From the human T2T-CHM13v2.0 reference genome, Homo sapiens, in the NCBI RefSeq assembly GCF_009914755.1, contig NC_060925.1: a DNA stretch of 64,000 bases; one strand, 5' to 3'. Positions 42,847 to 56,959 of the stretch are shown one piece after another. Position 1 is the stretch's first letter. Each line of letters starts with the position of its first letter. Made by a program: the position numbers and the translations under genes. The notes under the pieces were generated by a model, which ran no database searches, was not told the origin of the DNA, and saw only the letters and a list, made by a program, of their open reading frames with translations.

Positions 42847-43145
42847 TTTTTTTCTTTTTTGAGATGGAGTCTCACTCTGTCACCCAGGCTGGAGTAATGG
42901 AGGGGCTTTATCTCGGCTCACTACAGCTTCTGCCTTCTAGGTCCAAGTGCTTCTCTTGCCTCAGTCTCCCAAGTAGCTGGGACTACAGGTGCCCACCACC
43001 ATACCCAGTTAATTTTTGTATTTTTAGTAGAGATGGTGTATTGTCATGATGGCCAGGCTGGTCTCAAACTCCTGACCTCAGGTAATCCGCCCGCCTTGGA
43101 CTTCCAAAGTGCTGGGATTACAGGTGTGAACCACTGCACCCTGCC
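42847..43145 (-). mobile_element. AluS (Sx-like)
   Basis: full antisense Alu; approximate TSD agtaggccagatttt / aatagggcagatttt. Confidence 0.9.
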
Positions 43146-43396
43146 TGGAATAGGGCAGATTTTTAAAATGCACAGCAGACAATATTCCCACGACTGGAAA
43201 GAAATCAGCCACCGCTTGGACAACTGCAGTCATTCCTAACTCACCTGCCTGACCTTGGTTCCATCCCAACTCATCTTCAACCCACTTACACAAAGCTGTC
43301 AGCTGGTCACCCTACATGGCAGGCCTGCAGGTGTGATCTAGTTGCCTAGTCACTTTACTTAAAAAACCCCACCCCTATAAGTCCCTGCTGGCTTTA

Positions 43397-43717
<321 letters not shown>

Positions 43718-45324
43718 TCATCTTATATAAGACTAAATGATATTGTACATATTAAATTCTTAGAGTATGCCTGGCTGCCTGGCTTATAGCAATGTACCAT
43801 AATAAATATATAATATATATAATACATAAAATCATGTTTGCTAGCATCATTATTATTATTTTAAATAGAAATAACAGTAAACATGCATTAGTTTTCATTA
43901 AGATACTATAGTGCCTGGCTCTGACTTAGCAGGGAAACCTACAGACATAGGACATGTGTCCACAGTCTGTAGCTACATGATTAAATTGACTATTTTAGAA
44001 ATAAAGCCAACAGCATGCTTGAGGCAAATTTTAAAACAGATTCAGATCGATTGCCCTAAAGATCCCAGTTGTCCCAAACTACAGGTTAGAAGACAACTTT
44101 CCAACTGAAGAGCAATTTCATCTCTCCTGGTGTCTTAATGTGCCCAGAGTCACAAACTTTGGCCTGCAACATTCCTAACAGAGATGTTCCTAATGATGTG
44201 GCTCAGGTTATTGGGAAGTGAGGTGGTCAGAGTCTCCCATTTGAACATCTGCTTTTGCATAAGCACAAGCAATGGCTTTTTATTCTCCAGAACTCAGGCT
44301 TATTCCCAAAAGGCAGACACCCAGGTTAACAGTCAAGCCCTACAAGATGCCAAGGCAGTCTATCAGGAAAAAGGAAAAACCCCAGGTCATAAGTCACCTG
44401 GAAGGCAGTTTAATTATAAAATGTGTGAAGCTGAGTTTTAAATGTGAAGGGTCATCCTGGCTGTTTCCTTGGACCTTTGGAAAAGTGTTAACTAGTTATC
44501 ATTATATGAAATTTATGAATGCACCAAACCCAGGGCTATTTATTATTTCCTTGGCACCTCTACCATTTGCAGTTACAAGGAGCTGAAATGTGCACTGTTT
44601 AGACATTCCATTGCAGGCATCAGGCAAAAGCTTTAAATGCAAGCATTTATAACGATAGTCTGATCACCAAAAACTCTAACTTTGAGACATGTTTAGCATC
44701 CTTAAGTAATATTTAAACAGCCACTCTATCCTTCCTTCGCCTTCTCCCTCCTACAGTCCAACATTGTCTTTTTTTCTATCTACACAACTGACTCTCTCTC
44801 TCTCTCTCCCCACCCCCTCAGTTTCTCTCTTTTTTTCTCTCTCTCACCCCTACTCCATTTTCAAAAGACAATTATTGCTGATGGAGATTGCCTGGCACAA
44901 GATGTGTGGGTGTAGATTAGTCACTAAGTGTCCTGGGGGTCACTCCACCCCAACCAAACACCAGCTCCCTCCAGTTACAGTGGGGAGGATGGGATGACAG
45001 TCTTCGCTGTCATTCACCCTTTCTCTACCTGTCACGCTGTTAAGATCCCCAAAAAGGGATCTTGGCAGATGTTACCAGAGGCCTTTTTTTTCTTTCTTTT
45101 TTTTTTTTTTTTTTTGTAAACTCACATTCAAATTTTTATTCTACAAATAGGCTGGGGACAGGGCAGCATAGAGAAAGAGGGATTCTGGACCCAAGATGAA
45201 TAGATGTTGGTCCTCCACCCTCAACCTGGTCACAGTCCAGTAAGGGACACACTGCTATGCCAGTAGTTGCAGCCATTGTGTTTGAAGCCTGAGCAGCCTC
45301 CTATGCCACATCGAGAGAGCTGAA

Positions 45325-45731
45325 CCGGGGGTGTGCTGGTCAGTGTTAAACAACCAGCTGTCCAGGGGGAAAGAAGCCCTAATTTGCAGCTCTTACCAAT
45401 TTCTGTGATGTAAATGCTTCCCACTTGATCAATTTCAAGCTGCCAACATGACCTCACGGAACAGAAGAGATGCGCAAGTAGCTCGCTGCCACACAGCCGC
45501 CATGGATGAAGTCACCTTGAGAGTCTGGAACATGGTAAAATATAATAAAGTAATTTGGAGGCAATGATTTTTGTGTATTTATTAACTGTTTTAAATATAT
45601 TTTATTTAATTGAGAATTGATACCATTTAATTTTTAATAGTGGCTGTGTTTGACGACCAGCTTACAAAATTTCTGTAGCTTTTAACAGTTGGCCCTCATG
45701 AGCAGTTGCAATCCACTCCAGTGCACCACTG
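45325..45731 (+). mobile_element. MER63 (B/C-type, hAT-Blackjack)
   Basis: TIRs 'ggtgtgctgg' ... 'ccagtgcaccactg'; internal 'ccaatttctgtgatgtaaat', 'aatttcaagctgccaacatgac'. Confidence 0.75.
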
Positions 45732-47099
45732 GGACGACTTCACTTGGATAGAGGGCTGACCAGTGCAACAGTGTCAGAACAGGGATTCCAGGTGGCAATT
45801 CAAGAGGCCAGATGTGAACTGACAGCTTACTTGAAGCCATCTGGAATGGTAAGAAATACAGGACTAGGCCAAGCCAATATTTACAGAGAGCTGAAAGCCA
45901 GACACATAGGAGATAAAGTCCTAACACTAGACCAAAAGAGCTGAAGGCAGACTTCACAAAGAACATGCAGATCAGAACAGGGCTGGGGCCAACTCCTGTT
46001 TAAAAAAAGAATAGTTCAGGAACAAGTGAGGAGGGTTTTGGAATGTGTCACAGATATCTGTGAGACCTACACCGCTCACATGTATTAGTGACTAATCATG
46101 ATAATTGCTCAAGTTTATTGAGCACTTAATGTAGACCAGGTGCAGTTTTAAGTGCTTTACATAGTCGATCTCACTATTGATAGCTCCATTTTACAGATGC
46201 AACAGGCAGCCTAACCCCAGAGGAGACTGTGGTTGTACCTGCTATGCAGTACAGGTACATGTGTGTGTTAGACGGGTTTAAAATGTCATAGAGAAGGCAA
46301 AAAATACATGAAGAAATACTCCAAAGTGGAATAAACACCTGATTCCCAGACAATGCTCAAATACTTGGTGTAAAATAATATGTGCATTTAGAGATATCAC
46401 CACAATTGACTACAAAGGGAGGAAGCAAATTGTTAAGTTCAGCAATGGTTGATCTTACCTTTGGTGAACCAGATGCACTGTGAATACACTGGGAGGAAAT
46501 ACAACTATAGTCCCTGCCTTCTTGAAGCCCCAGTTTTTACTCCCTCTTTCTCATACCCAACCATTGGAACTGACACTAAGAGCTGTCCTTGCTTCCTGAA
46601 TCTCCTTCCTCCAATCACAGTGGCTTTGCTTCTCCTTTCTCCAAGGCCAGCAACTGCAAGTCAGCCCAACCTATGCCCAACCCCAGACCCTGGTCCAGCC
46701 CTTGTAGCCCAGCTTGAGCACAGCCCTGGGTCCTTGCTTGCCTGTGAAAGAATATTCCAGCCTGTGAGCTCCTTGAGGTTTTACGGGATTTCTTTCAGAG
46801 GACCCAGCCCAGTGCTGGGTGCAATAGATACATATTGAACTAAAAATAGAGGCTGCCTGAGCAGAGGGAAGACGTTATCACAGTTTCATATTTATTAGGC
46901 CTTTTCATTTTATGATTCACCACGTGGGACACAGGCCAACAGCCCCTCTTCCCTTAGGAAGTGGCCTTCTAACTCAGAATGACACAGTATTACATATTCC
47001 CAACAGGGAACCACAAATGCCTCACAAATGTTTCAGGCTGGCTGGAAGCTTTATATTGAGTCTCAAGGAGTGTTTTCTTTGCAGTTTTGTCTTTGAATA

Positions 47100-47720
47100 G
47101 CTGGTGCATGTGAGGAAGAACTATCAGGAAGGGCCATTATTGCGCATGTGCTGTGCTTCGGGGAAGTGAGTGTCAAGTCTCACCCACTGATCTGGGAAAG
47201 TTTCCATGAATTCATTTTCCTCTCACCCCCAGCGATGCTCTGTTTGCTAACTCAAGCAAGGGGAAAGGTCTGTTTTCAATTAGGACCTCTCAAAAAAGTG
47301 TTTTTAAATGGCCTGTAAAAATAATCCAATAAAGGCCTCAGAGGTGTGAGCTGTTGTCATCATCCTGTTTGGAAAACGTCACTCAGAATGCACCCTAAAG
47401 TGAGGGAGGGAGGTTGTGATGCCTTAAAAAAAATTAATTTGTGAAATGAACCTGCAGGATTAGTTGTCCGCCTTTGTGCCCAGCTTTAATATGTCCTCAA
47501 CCAGGGAAATCCGAGGCTTTGGATTATTAGCCGGGTTGGATCACGTTACCCTGTTTGGCTCTGCAGAAATCACACTTTTCATTTTGCCTTTAATCCTAAA
47601 GGTCACCGGGAAGGTCAGCCCCAAACACAAATGATACTTTGTGGTCTTACTTTCAGACAATTATCAACTCATAAATCTTGGTCAGACTGTAATGAGAGCG
47701 CGAGGAATAATTGAATTCAG
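47100..47720. promoter_or_regulatory. Candidate enhancer: K50-homeodomain site cluster plus nuclear-receptor half-sites
   Basis: repeat-free; TAATCC/GGATTA at 47322, 47457, 47521, 47591; AAAGGTCA 47598-47605; AGGTCA 47612-47617; CpGs retained. Confidence 0.5.
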
Positions 47721-47989
47721 TCCAGACTCACAGGGTCGGAGGGAGCAGAGAACTGGAAGGGGAGGGGACAGACAGAGGGAGGGGGTTCAGGGCCTGGGAG
47801 CCAGAAAGTCTTCCCTCCAGCACTGCAGATTTTCCCATTTGTCCTTGTTAAATCACTGTGTTTTGAAATTTGGATGGATATGAGTGAAGCCATTAAAGAT
47901 GGGGATGGTTCATTGGTAGCTCAGAAAATAGAGCGTAAGATTCTTAAAAGAGCACAAGTCTAAAGGCAGCAAGTTGACAAGAAGGAAAG

Positions 47990-48880
47990 ACTAGAAAAGG
48001 AGTCAGGGGACTGAGGTGCTGAGTACCCCAGTTCAGCCAGTTTCCAGGCTGTGTGGCCCTGGGAGAACCATTTCACCTCTCTGTCCTGAGAATGGGGCTG
48101 CTGGCCCCTCCCACATCCCAAGATTGTCATAAGGATCACATGAGATAATAAACTGAAAAGTTTACAAACTCACAGAAAGAGACAACATTCTTAAGCACAT
48201 TAACTGAGCTTGATTCATCAACAATAATTTTAAGAAAATCCTGTTGGCTCTGTATTCCAAACATGTCTACACCTTGCCTACTTCTCACCAGCTCTACCAC
48301 TCCCATCCAGGCCCAATCCAGCATTATCTTTCACCTGGATTATTGGAATAGTACTCAAATCAGTCTTTCTTTCCACATATGACTCCTCCATAATCCAGTT
48401 TCTTTTAAATGTGTCAGGCGATTCTTCTGATCAAAACCCTTCAATGGTTCCCCATTTCACAGGGATAAAAGCCCAATCTCAAGATCACCTACGAGACAAC
48501 CCCACAGTACCTGGAGCCCGTTCCTGCCCTGATCTCATCTCCCACTGCTCTGCCCCTTGCCCAGTCTCCTCCAGCCACACCAGTCTCTTTGTTGCCCCTC
48601 GCACCTGCAGGGCACGCTCCTGCCCTTAGCCTGGAATGCATTTCATGCAGACTCACACATGACTTGCTCATCTTCCTCTACTCTTTGCTCAGGCCTCACA
48701 TTGCCTGTCTGCTCTATTTAAAATTGCATCACGGCCACCTAACTTACTTATTATGTTTATTGTCCCTCTTCCTCCTATTAGAATGTATGCTCCTTGAGGA
48801 CAGGATTTGAGCTTCTTTTCTTTACTCCAGTTCTTACGAGGGCCTGGCGTGGAGCACACACTCCGTATTTGCCAAACTGG
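47990..48880. mobile_element. MIR (47990-48180) plus L2a (48220-48880, plus)
   Basis: L2a 'atcctgttggctctgtattccaaacatgtc...tcaaaacccttcaatggttccccatttcac...ctattagaatgtatgctccttgaggacagg'. Confidence 0.8.
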
Positions 48881-50059
48881 AAAGAAAACTTGATTTCTAT
48901 CTGGCTAGAGCTCTTGTTGATGTGGCCATTTAGATGCTGAATTGCCTAATAATGCTACCTGACTTCTCCAATCATTTTTCCGGAAAATCTTGCATCAAGT
49001 TTGGGTGATTTGCTGGATTTTATCAATCTGTGTGCTCTCCAGAACACCATGCACCATATTTGGTCTCAGTTTTATTGTTCTATTGGCTCTACTTAGCACA
49101 TCTGGCTCTGCCAAGGGACACAGTTGGGCCAGCTGTCCAACATTCCAGGGCAAGCTACAGGAGAAGGGTGTGATGGTGGGAAAGGAAAGAAAAGAAGGGC
49201 CTGTGCACCACTTGCCATCATAACCAACCTGCTTACACCCATGAGAATCTGCTGCAATACATACCAAACTGTCAACACTAATAACAGAAAGGGAAGGAAT
49301 CAAATGGTCTTTGGCTTGAAATTACAAGCATTTTTGTTTTTCAACACCAAGCATTGTAAGTTAGCATGTATCTTACATAGTGACAGCACTTTATAGGTAT
49401 ATACGGTTTCATTTCACCCTTATTCCAATAGGGTAGGTGTATTGGTATCTTTATACTATAGACAAGGAAACAGATTACATAGTAAGTCCTTGGAAGGGTC
49501 ATGTCTTTCCATTGCAAGTGAATTTAGCTTAGCTGGTACAAGCAACAACCCCAACAAATGTCCCCTCCCTCATATTCTACAGTTTAGAATTCTGCTGCAG
49601 ACAGAATGATGTCTGTCTGTTCTGCTTCCTCAGCTTACCAACTAGGGTGAAGGCTGTTTGAGAACAGTAACCATGTCATATCTCCAAGGCTCTGGCAAGG
49701 TTTTTGGCCCAAAGAAGTTTTGCAATTGTGCCAGGGGCTACAGTAAGAAGTAAATAAAAGATAAGCCCTATGAAGAAAAAAACCAAAAGGATGCTGAGAA
49801 AGAGAATAGCTTCATTGAGGGTGATCTACTTTGGACAGAGTATCCAAGGAAGGCACTCCTAAAGAGTTCACAATTTAAGCTGAGACCTAACACATGACTA
49901 TCTGCTCCCTGGCAGATGACCTTGGCAGGACAAAGATAACTGATAGCTACCTGTCAGCTTACCCGTATAGGAGTGAAGATTGTGTGCATTTTGAGAACAG
50001 GACTTTCTGAAAAAGGAAATGGGCAGGGGGAAAGGAATGGAGCTGCACATGCTTGGTTT

Positions 50060-50920
50060 TTCCTTTCATTCAAGGAATATGTATTGAGATCTACTATGTG
50101 GCTGGCTGCTCTAGGCACTAAGACTATGACCGAAACTCATGGTGCATATATTTAACAAAGGAGAGAGACATAGTCCATTAAACATGTAAGATGCTGGTGA
50201 TAGCTCCTACAAATATAAACTAAACAGGATAAGAAGGGATAGAGAATGACAGAGGTGGGAGTAGGGAGAAAGGGTAACTGTTAGATAGAGTCAGGGAAGG
50301 CCATACTCAGGAAGTCACATTTCTACAGAAGCCCAAATGTAGAGAGGGAATGAGCCATGCCAAGTTTTCAGGAGAAGAGGTGGTTAGAAAATATTTTAGC
50401 AGAAGCAACAGAAAATGCAAAGAGTCTGAGAAAAAATCCTCTTGCAATTTAAGAAGCATTCAAAGAATATTAAGGGTGAGCAGGGGAAGACTAAAAGGAA
50501 AAGAGGTGGGAGGCGTGGCCAGGAGCAAGATCACAAAGAGCCTTATCCCTGGTTAGGAATTTGGATTTTATTCTGTGCAATGAAGTCATTGCCTGGTTTT
50601 GAGCAAGAGAGTGTTGTAACCTGATTTATGTTTGAACAGTATTGTTTTGGCTTCTGTGTAGTGAAAGAATTGCAGGAGACAAGAGTGGAGCTAACGGCAG
50701 TGGCCCAGGTGAGAGATGATGGCAGGAAAGTCCTTGGACCAGGGGCAAGTGGAGGTGGAAGGAGGTGGACAGCTGTGTGATTTTTTTTTATAAAGAGTTC
50801 ACAAAATGTACATATAATTCAAAGTAGTGGATGAGGAAGAGAGAGAAATCAGAGACACTAATAGATCTGGGACCTGAGCAACTGAGTGGATGTTGGTGCC
50901 ACTTCCTTGCCTTCCTAGAG
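50060..50920 (-). mobile_element. L2a fragment
   Basis: 'ttcattcaaggaatatgtattgagatctactatgtg...ggaatttggattttattctgtgcaatg...gcccaggtgagagatgatgg'. Confidence 0.8.
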
Positions 50921-51062
50921 GAGGCTCGGGATTTGGAGAGCAACATGTTAGGCTTGGTGGAGAGAAGCAAGCTGAAAACAGCATGCCCTCTTCCTTCTCT
51001 TGATCTCTCCAATCAGGTCAGTATCTCTTTGGGAGGGAAGACAAGAAATGGGGATCCCATAC

Positions 51063-51420
51063 TGTCTTCATCCATCTGCTATACAAAAAAAACATAAACT
51101 GGGTGGCTTATGAACAACAGAAATTTATTCCTCATGGTTCTGGAGTCTGGAAAGTCCAAAATCAAGGTGCCAGCAGATTTGGTGTCTGGTGAGAGCGCAC
51201 CTCCTGGTTCACAGAGGGCACCTTCTCACTGAGTCGTCACACGATAGAAGGGAAAAGAGCTTCCTCCAAGCCTCTTGTATACAGGCACTAATCCCATTCA
51301 TCAGGGCTCCACCCTCATGACCTAATCATCTCCTAAAGGCCCTGCCCCCTGATACCATGACCTTGAGGTTTAGGATTTCAACATATGAATTTTGGGGGAA
51401 AACAAACAGACCACATAACA
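51063..51420 (-). mobile_element. MLT1A0-type solo LTR
   Basis: TG...CA ends; perfect 5-bp TSD CATAC (51058-51062, 51421-51425); 'ggcactaatcccattcatcagggctccaccctcatgacctaatca'. Confidence 0.9.
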
Positions 51421-51959
51421 CATACCTTCTCCTCCTAGAAAAATGAGGGCAATTTTTATCACAGAAATATAAGGAGGTTATAAAGGCTTACCCTAAAACT
51501 TAGATTTTATTTTCATTTTTATTCACCTGGGGAAAGGAGCAGTACAGAGAAAATTAGGGAAGAAACAGAAAAATATGTAAACAATTACTACAAGCCAAAC
51601 TACTATAGGTGCTAGAAGAACTGTTTCTTAATATCTCTGCATCTCAGTAACTATTACTGTGTCTGGCACAAAAATATTTCTTGAACTGAACTGTCATAAG
51701 ATATAATTCTGAATGAGGGGATCAAGGAAGTCTTAGGAAAGGAGGATTTAGAGTCTTAACTTGGAATTTTCTCTGTTTGCTGTTTCTATTCATAGTATTA
51801 CTCACACAGTCCCTTGGTATGGCCTTGGTACTGTAAAAACCTACTTCAACAAGCCTAGGCTCTGCCCAGAGACCTTGGAATCTGAGAGTGTTTTAGCCCA
51901 GAATAGGTGGAAACCTCAGGCAAAGTTTATAAAAATTAATACCACTGCAGAAAGTGATT

Positions 51960-52190
51960 AAATACATGGACTGTAGGTTTAGGTTTCTGCTCCACCACTT
52001 ACTTGCTGTGTGTCCTTGGGCAAGTTACTTAACTTCTCTGTACTTCAATTTCCTCAGTGCATAATGGAGATTTTAATAGTAGCCATCTCATAAGGTGGTT
52101 GCAAAGGTTAAATGTGTTAATATGCATGATGCACATAGAACAATGCCTAGCACATAGTAGAGATACATAATCACTACTACTACTGCTACC
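51960..52190. mobile_element. MIR
   Basis: 'ccaccacttacttgctgtgtgtccttgggcaagttacttaacttctctg...aacaatgcctagcacatagta'. Confidence 0.8.
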
Positions 52191-52710
52191 AGTACAACAG
52201 CAGGTCTTATGGACCTAAGGTCATATAACTTAGTCTCTTCCAAGATTCTTGAAATGATTTCTCAAAACAAGAGAATATAAAGAAGAAACGTTATGAACAA
52301 ATGGTAAATAAGAATAAATGTTAGTAATAAATGGTAAAAAAAAAAAAAAAAGGATATGAAAGCCAATAGTTACATGTTCTTTCCTGTTAAAGCTATTTTA
52401 CAAATGGAAGGAAGCAAATTTACTTTTTCCTCTTGAACCCGTGAACTTTGAAAATCTTCTCATCTATTTGACTGAGTAGTATGGTCTTTTAAATGGTATA
52501 TAAGATAAGAAGTATTCAAAATAAAGATATAGCCTTTATAAAATTAATGCCTTACAGACGATAACAAACGTTGGTGAGAATGTGGAGAAACCAGAACCCT
52601 CATATATTACTGATGGGAATATAAAATGGTTCAGCCACTTTGGAAAACAGTTTGGCTGTTCCTCAACAAGTTAACATTGAGGTACCATATGCCCAGCAAT
52701 TCCACTTCTA

Positions 52711-53091
<381 letters not shown>

Positions 53092-53486
53092 TTATTCATA
53101 ATAACCAAAAAGTGGAAACGACCCAAATGTCCATCAGCTGGTGAGTGGATAGACAAAAATGATATGCATACAATGGAAGATTATTCAGCCAGAAAAAGAA
53201 CTGACGTGCTGACACATGCTACAATGTAGATAAACCTTGAACAGTTGTGCCAAATGAACGAAGCCAGTCACAAATGATTCTACCTATATACAATGTCCAG
53301 AATAGACAAATCTACAGAGACAGAAAGTAGATTCGTCACTGTCAAAATCTGAGAATGACGACTAATAGTTACAGGTTTTCTTTGGGAGGTGATAAAAATG
53401 TTCTAGAATTCGATACTGGTAATAGTTGCATGACCTTGAAGAGATACAGAAAATCACCAAATTATACATTTTAAAAGGCAAAATTT

Positions 53487-53616
53487 GGCCAAGCATGGTG
53501 GCACATGCCTGTAGTCCTTGCTACTCAGGAGGTTGAGGCAGGGGTATCATTTGAACCCACAAATTCAGGGCCAGCCTGGGCAACATAGTGGGAACCCATC
53601 TCAAAAAAAAAAAAAA
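53487..53616 (+). mobile_element. FLAM_A-type Alu monomer
   Basis: ~130-bp monomer with A tail; TSD-like aaaggcaaaattt / aaaggctaaattt. Confidence 0.8.
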
Positions 53617-54513
53617 GGCATCAAAGGCTAAATTTTATGGTATGTGAGTTATATCTCCAAAAAAAACAGAATAGTACATCATGTTTCTGTCTGTGAAGTC
53701 TTTTTGTATACGTTTTATACGTAGTCCTCTCCCAATACCCCAGAGAGATGCAGGCTGAGAGTCTTATGAAGTTTGCTCTTACTGATCAGGTGTGGCGTAT
53801 GTAATCCCCACTCTAAAGATGAAGAAATTTAGGCTCAGAGAGGTTACACGACTTACTCAAAGTTGTGCAGCTACGGCAAAAACCGCAATTACCTTTGCAC
53901 CAACTTAATAATATGAGCTATATCTGGAAATGGATCCAGTGTTCTTTCTCAAAGAAATAGGCAGTACAAGGGGGTCCAGATAGCCTATGAAAGTGCTTAA
54001 TTTGGGCACTAAAGAATGCAGCATAGCACACTGAAAAAAGCATGGGCTTTGGAGTAGCCTGACAGACTTTGATTCAAATCCCAGAGCCCCACTCATCAAC
54101 TGCTTCACCTTGGGCTAGTTACTAATTCCCCCTAGACCTCCGCTTCCTCTTTATGAAATAGGAATGTTATCGCCTAATCTGGATGGATGTGGGGTTATTT
54201 AACAAAATATATATGTAAAGTACCTGACACAAAGAACATGCTCAATGAATGTACTGTGATGTTGTTATGAAAAATGAGGATAGGGTCATAGATTCAAGAG
54301 TATCATAGGTCACCAGACTCCGCACTGCTCCAAGGACTTGGCCTATACCCTCCATCCAGCTGTTGATGGGAATCAGTACAACACACTGGAGAAGAATTGG
54401 GAGTAGGGGCTGAGGAGACAGGTTCTAACTTGGGCTTTGCTACTAACTTAGTCTGTGACCTCGAGCAATTTACGTTTTTGCTCGTGTTTCAGTTACCTGT
54501 ACGTTAGATAGCA

Positions 54514-54518
<5 letters not shown>

Positions 54519-54550
<32 letters not shown>
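54519..54550. repeat. (A)32 homopolymer abutting an Alu 5' end
   Basis: pure A run. Confidence 0.95.
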
Positions 54551-54862
<312 letters not shown>

Positions 54863-55069
54863 CTACCTCTCAGGATTATCAGAATCAAATGAAATCAAGT
54901 ATCTGAGCTGACTTTGCAAAGTTGATATAGGGATTTGTTAACTACAAACTAAATGTGCCCTTGATGGAAAAGGAACCTTATGGAATGATGACAGTTAACA
55001 TTTGTAGAGAGCTTACTCTGTGTCCAGCATTGCTCTAAAAGCTTTCCATGAATTAACTGGCTCACCTGA

Positions 55070-55425
<356 letters not shown>

Positions 55426-56462
55426 TAATATCTGTTTTTAGGTGCTGAGCACAAGGAGATTAAGTAATTTCCCAAGACCACACAACTAGTAAGAGGAATG
55501 AGGACTCAGACCTAAGTCTCCTGGCACCAAAGCACTTGACCTCTAGTGATGTTCAGTGTATCTCCATTTTCAGACAAGGAAGTTCGTGAGACTGTATCCA
55601 TAAGGCAAGGTGAGGCAACTAACAAGTAGTATGAGCTCACCACATGCCAAACCATTCCTGGTGCTTCCTCTATGCCTTCCTATTCCTCATGACAATCCTA
55701 TGAGGCAGATGCCATACGTATTTTACTGCTGGGGAAGCTCAAAGCACATAATTGACATAATTAACTTACCTGAAGTCACCAGCTTAGTACGTAATAATGC
55801 TAAGATGTGAGACCAGTTCTTTCTGATGCAAAGGCCCCTGTACTTTCCACATATTCTGCCTGGGTGGAATTTACCCTGATGCCAAACATAATACACACGC
55901 ACAAAGTAATGCTGTGGCATGCTTTGTCGATGGGCCCAAAATCTAGATATAAGTGGAGCAGCACATTTTATGTCTCTCAGGCCAGAGATACTGCTACACT
56001 GGCAAGCACTTCTTTAAGCTCCTGAGCTGTGACAGGACCGTGATATGATGAGTTACACATCACAGGAAGACAAAGTCCTTAATGATAATGCTGGCAGAGT
56101 CTGCCCTGGTGGAACTAGGAGCAGGTGGTGTGGAAATTAAAAAGTAACTGGAAAGCAGAAGAAATTGTGGCATTCTTCATTAGGACTGATAGGCAATTTT
56201 TGGTTCACTCCCATGGAAATCACTTGCGGATAACCAGGCAGTTATTAAACATACAAGGCTTGTGGAAAGACCCATTCATTACTGAGTCCCTGCACCAGAG
56301 TTTCTGATTAGCAAACATTGACATCACAGAGCCTGGCACAAGAGGCCACCATAAATCCTGTCACTTAGCGATAGGATAAGTAAGGCAGCACCTTTGGAAG
56401 GACACAATAGAACCGCAGATGTAGCACACAGGTGTTTGGAAATATATCAATATTGAAAATAG

Positions 56463-56828
<366 letters not shown>

Positions 56829-56959
56829 TTAGACCCTGTAGTGGAAGCCACAAGGCCAAGACACCACTCCCTTAGACACCCCTGTGATCTTCAGGGCCTC
56901 TCCTTTGGTCTCCTGGTCACGTCACACTCATGCAAAATCTGTCAGGGACACTGAAAGGT

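Noticed and set aside
45744-45856. Possible exon ending at 'atg|gtaaga'
   Set aside because: No convincing acceptor or polypyrimidine tract upstream; peptide unrecognised.
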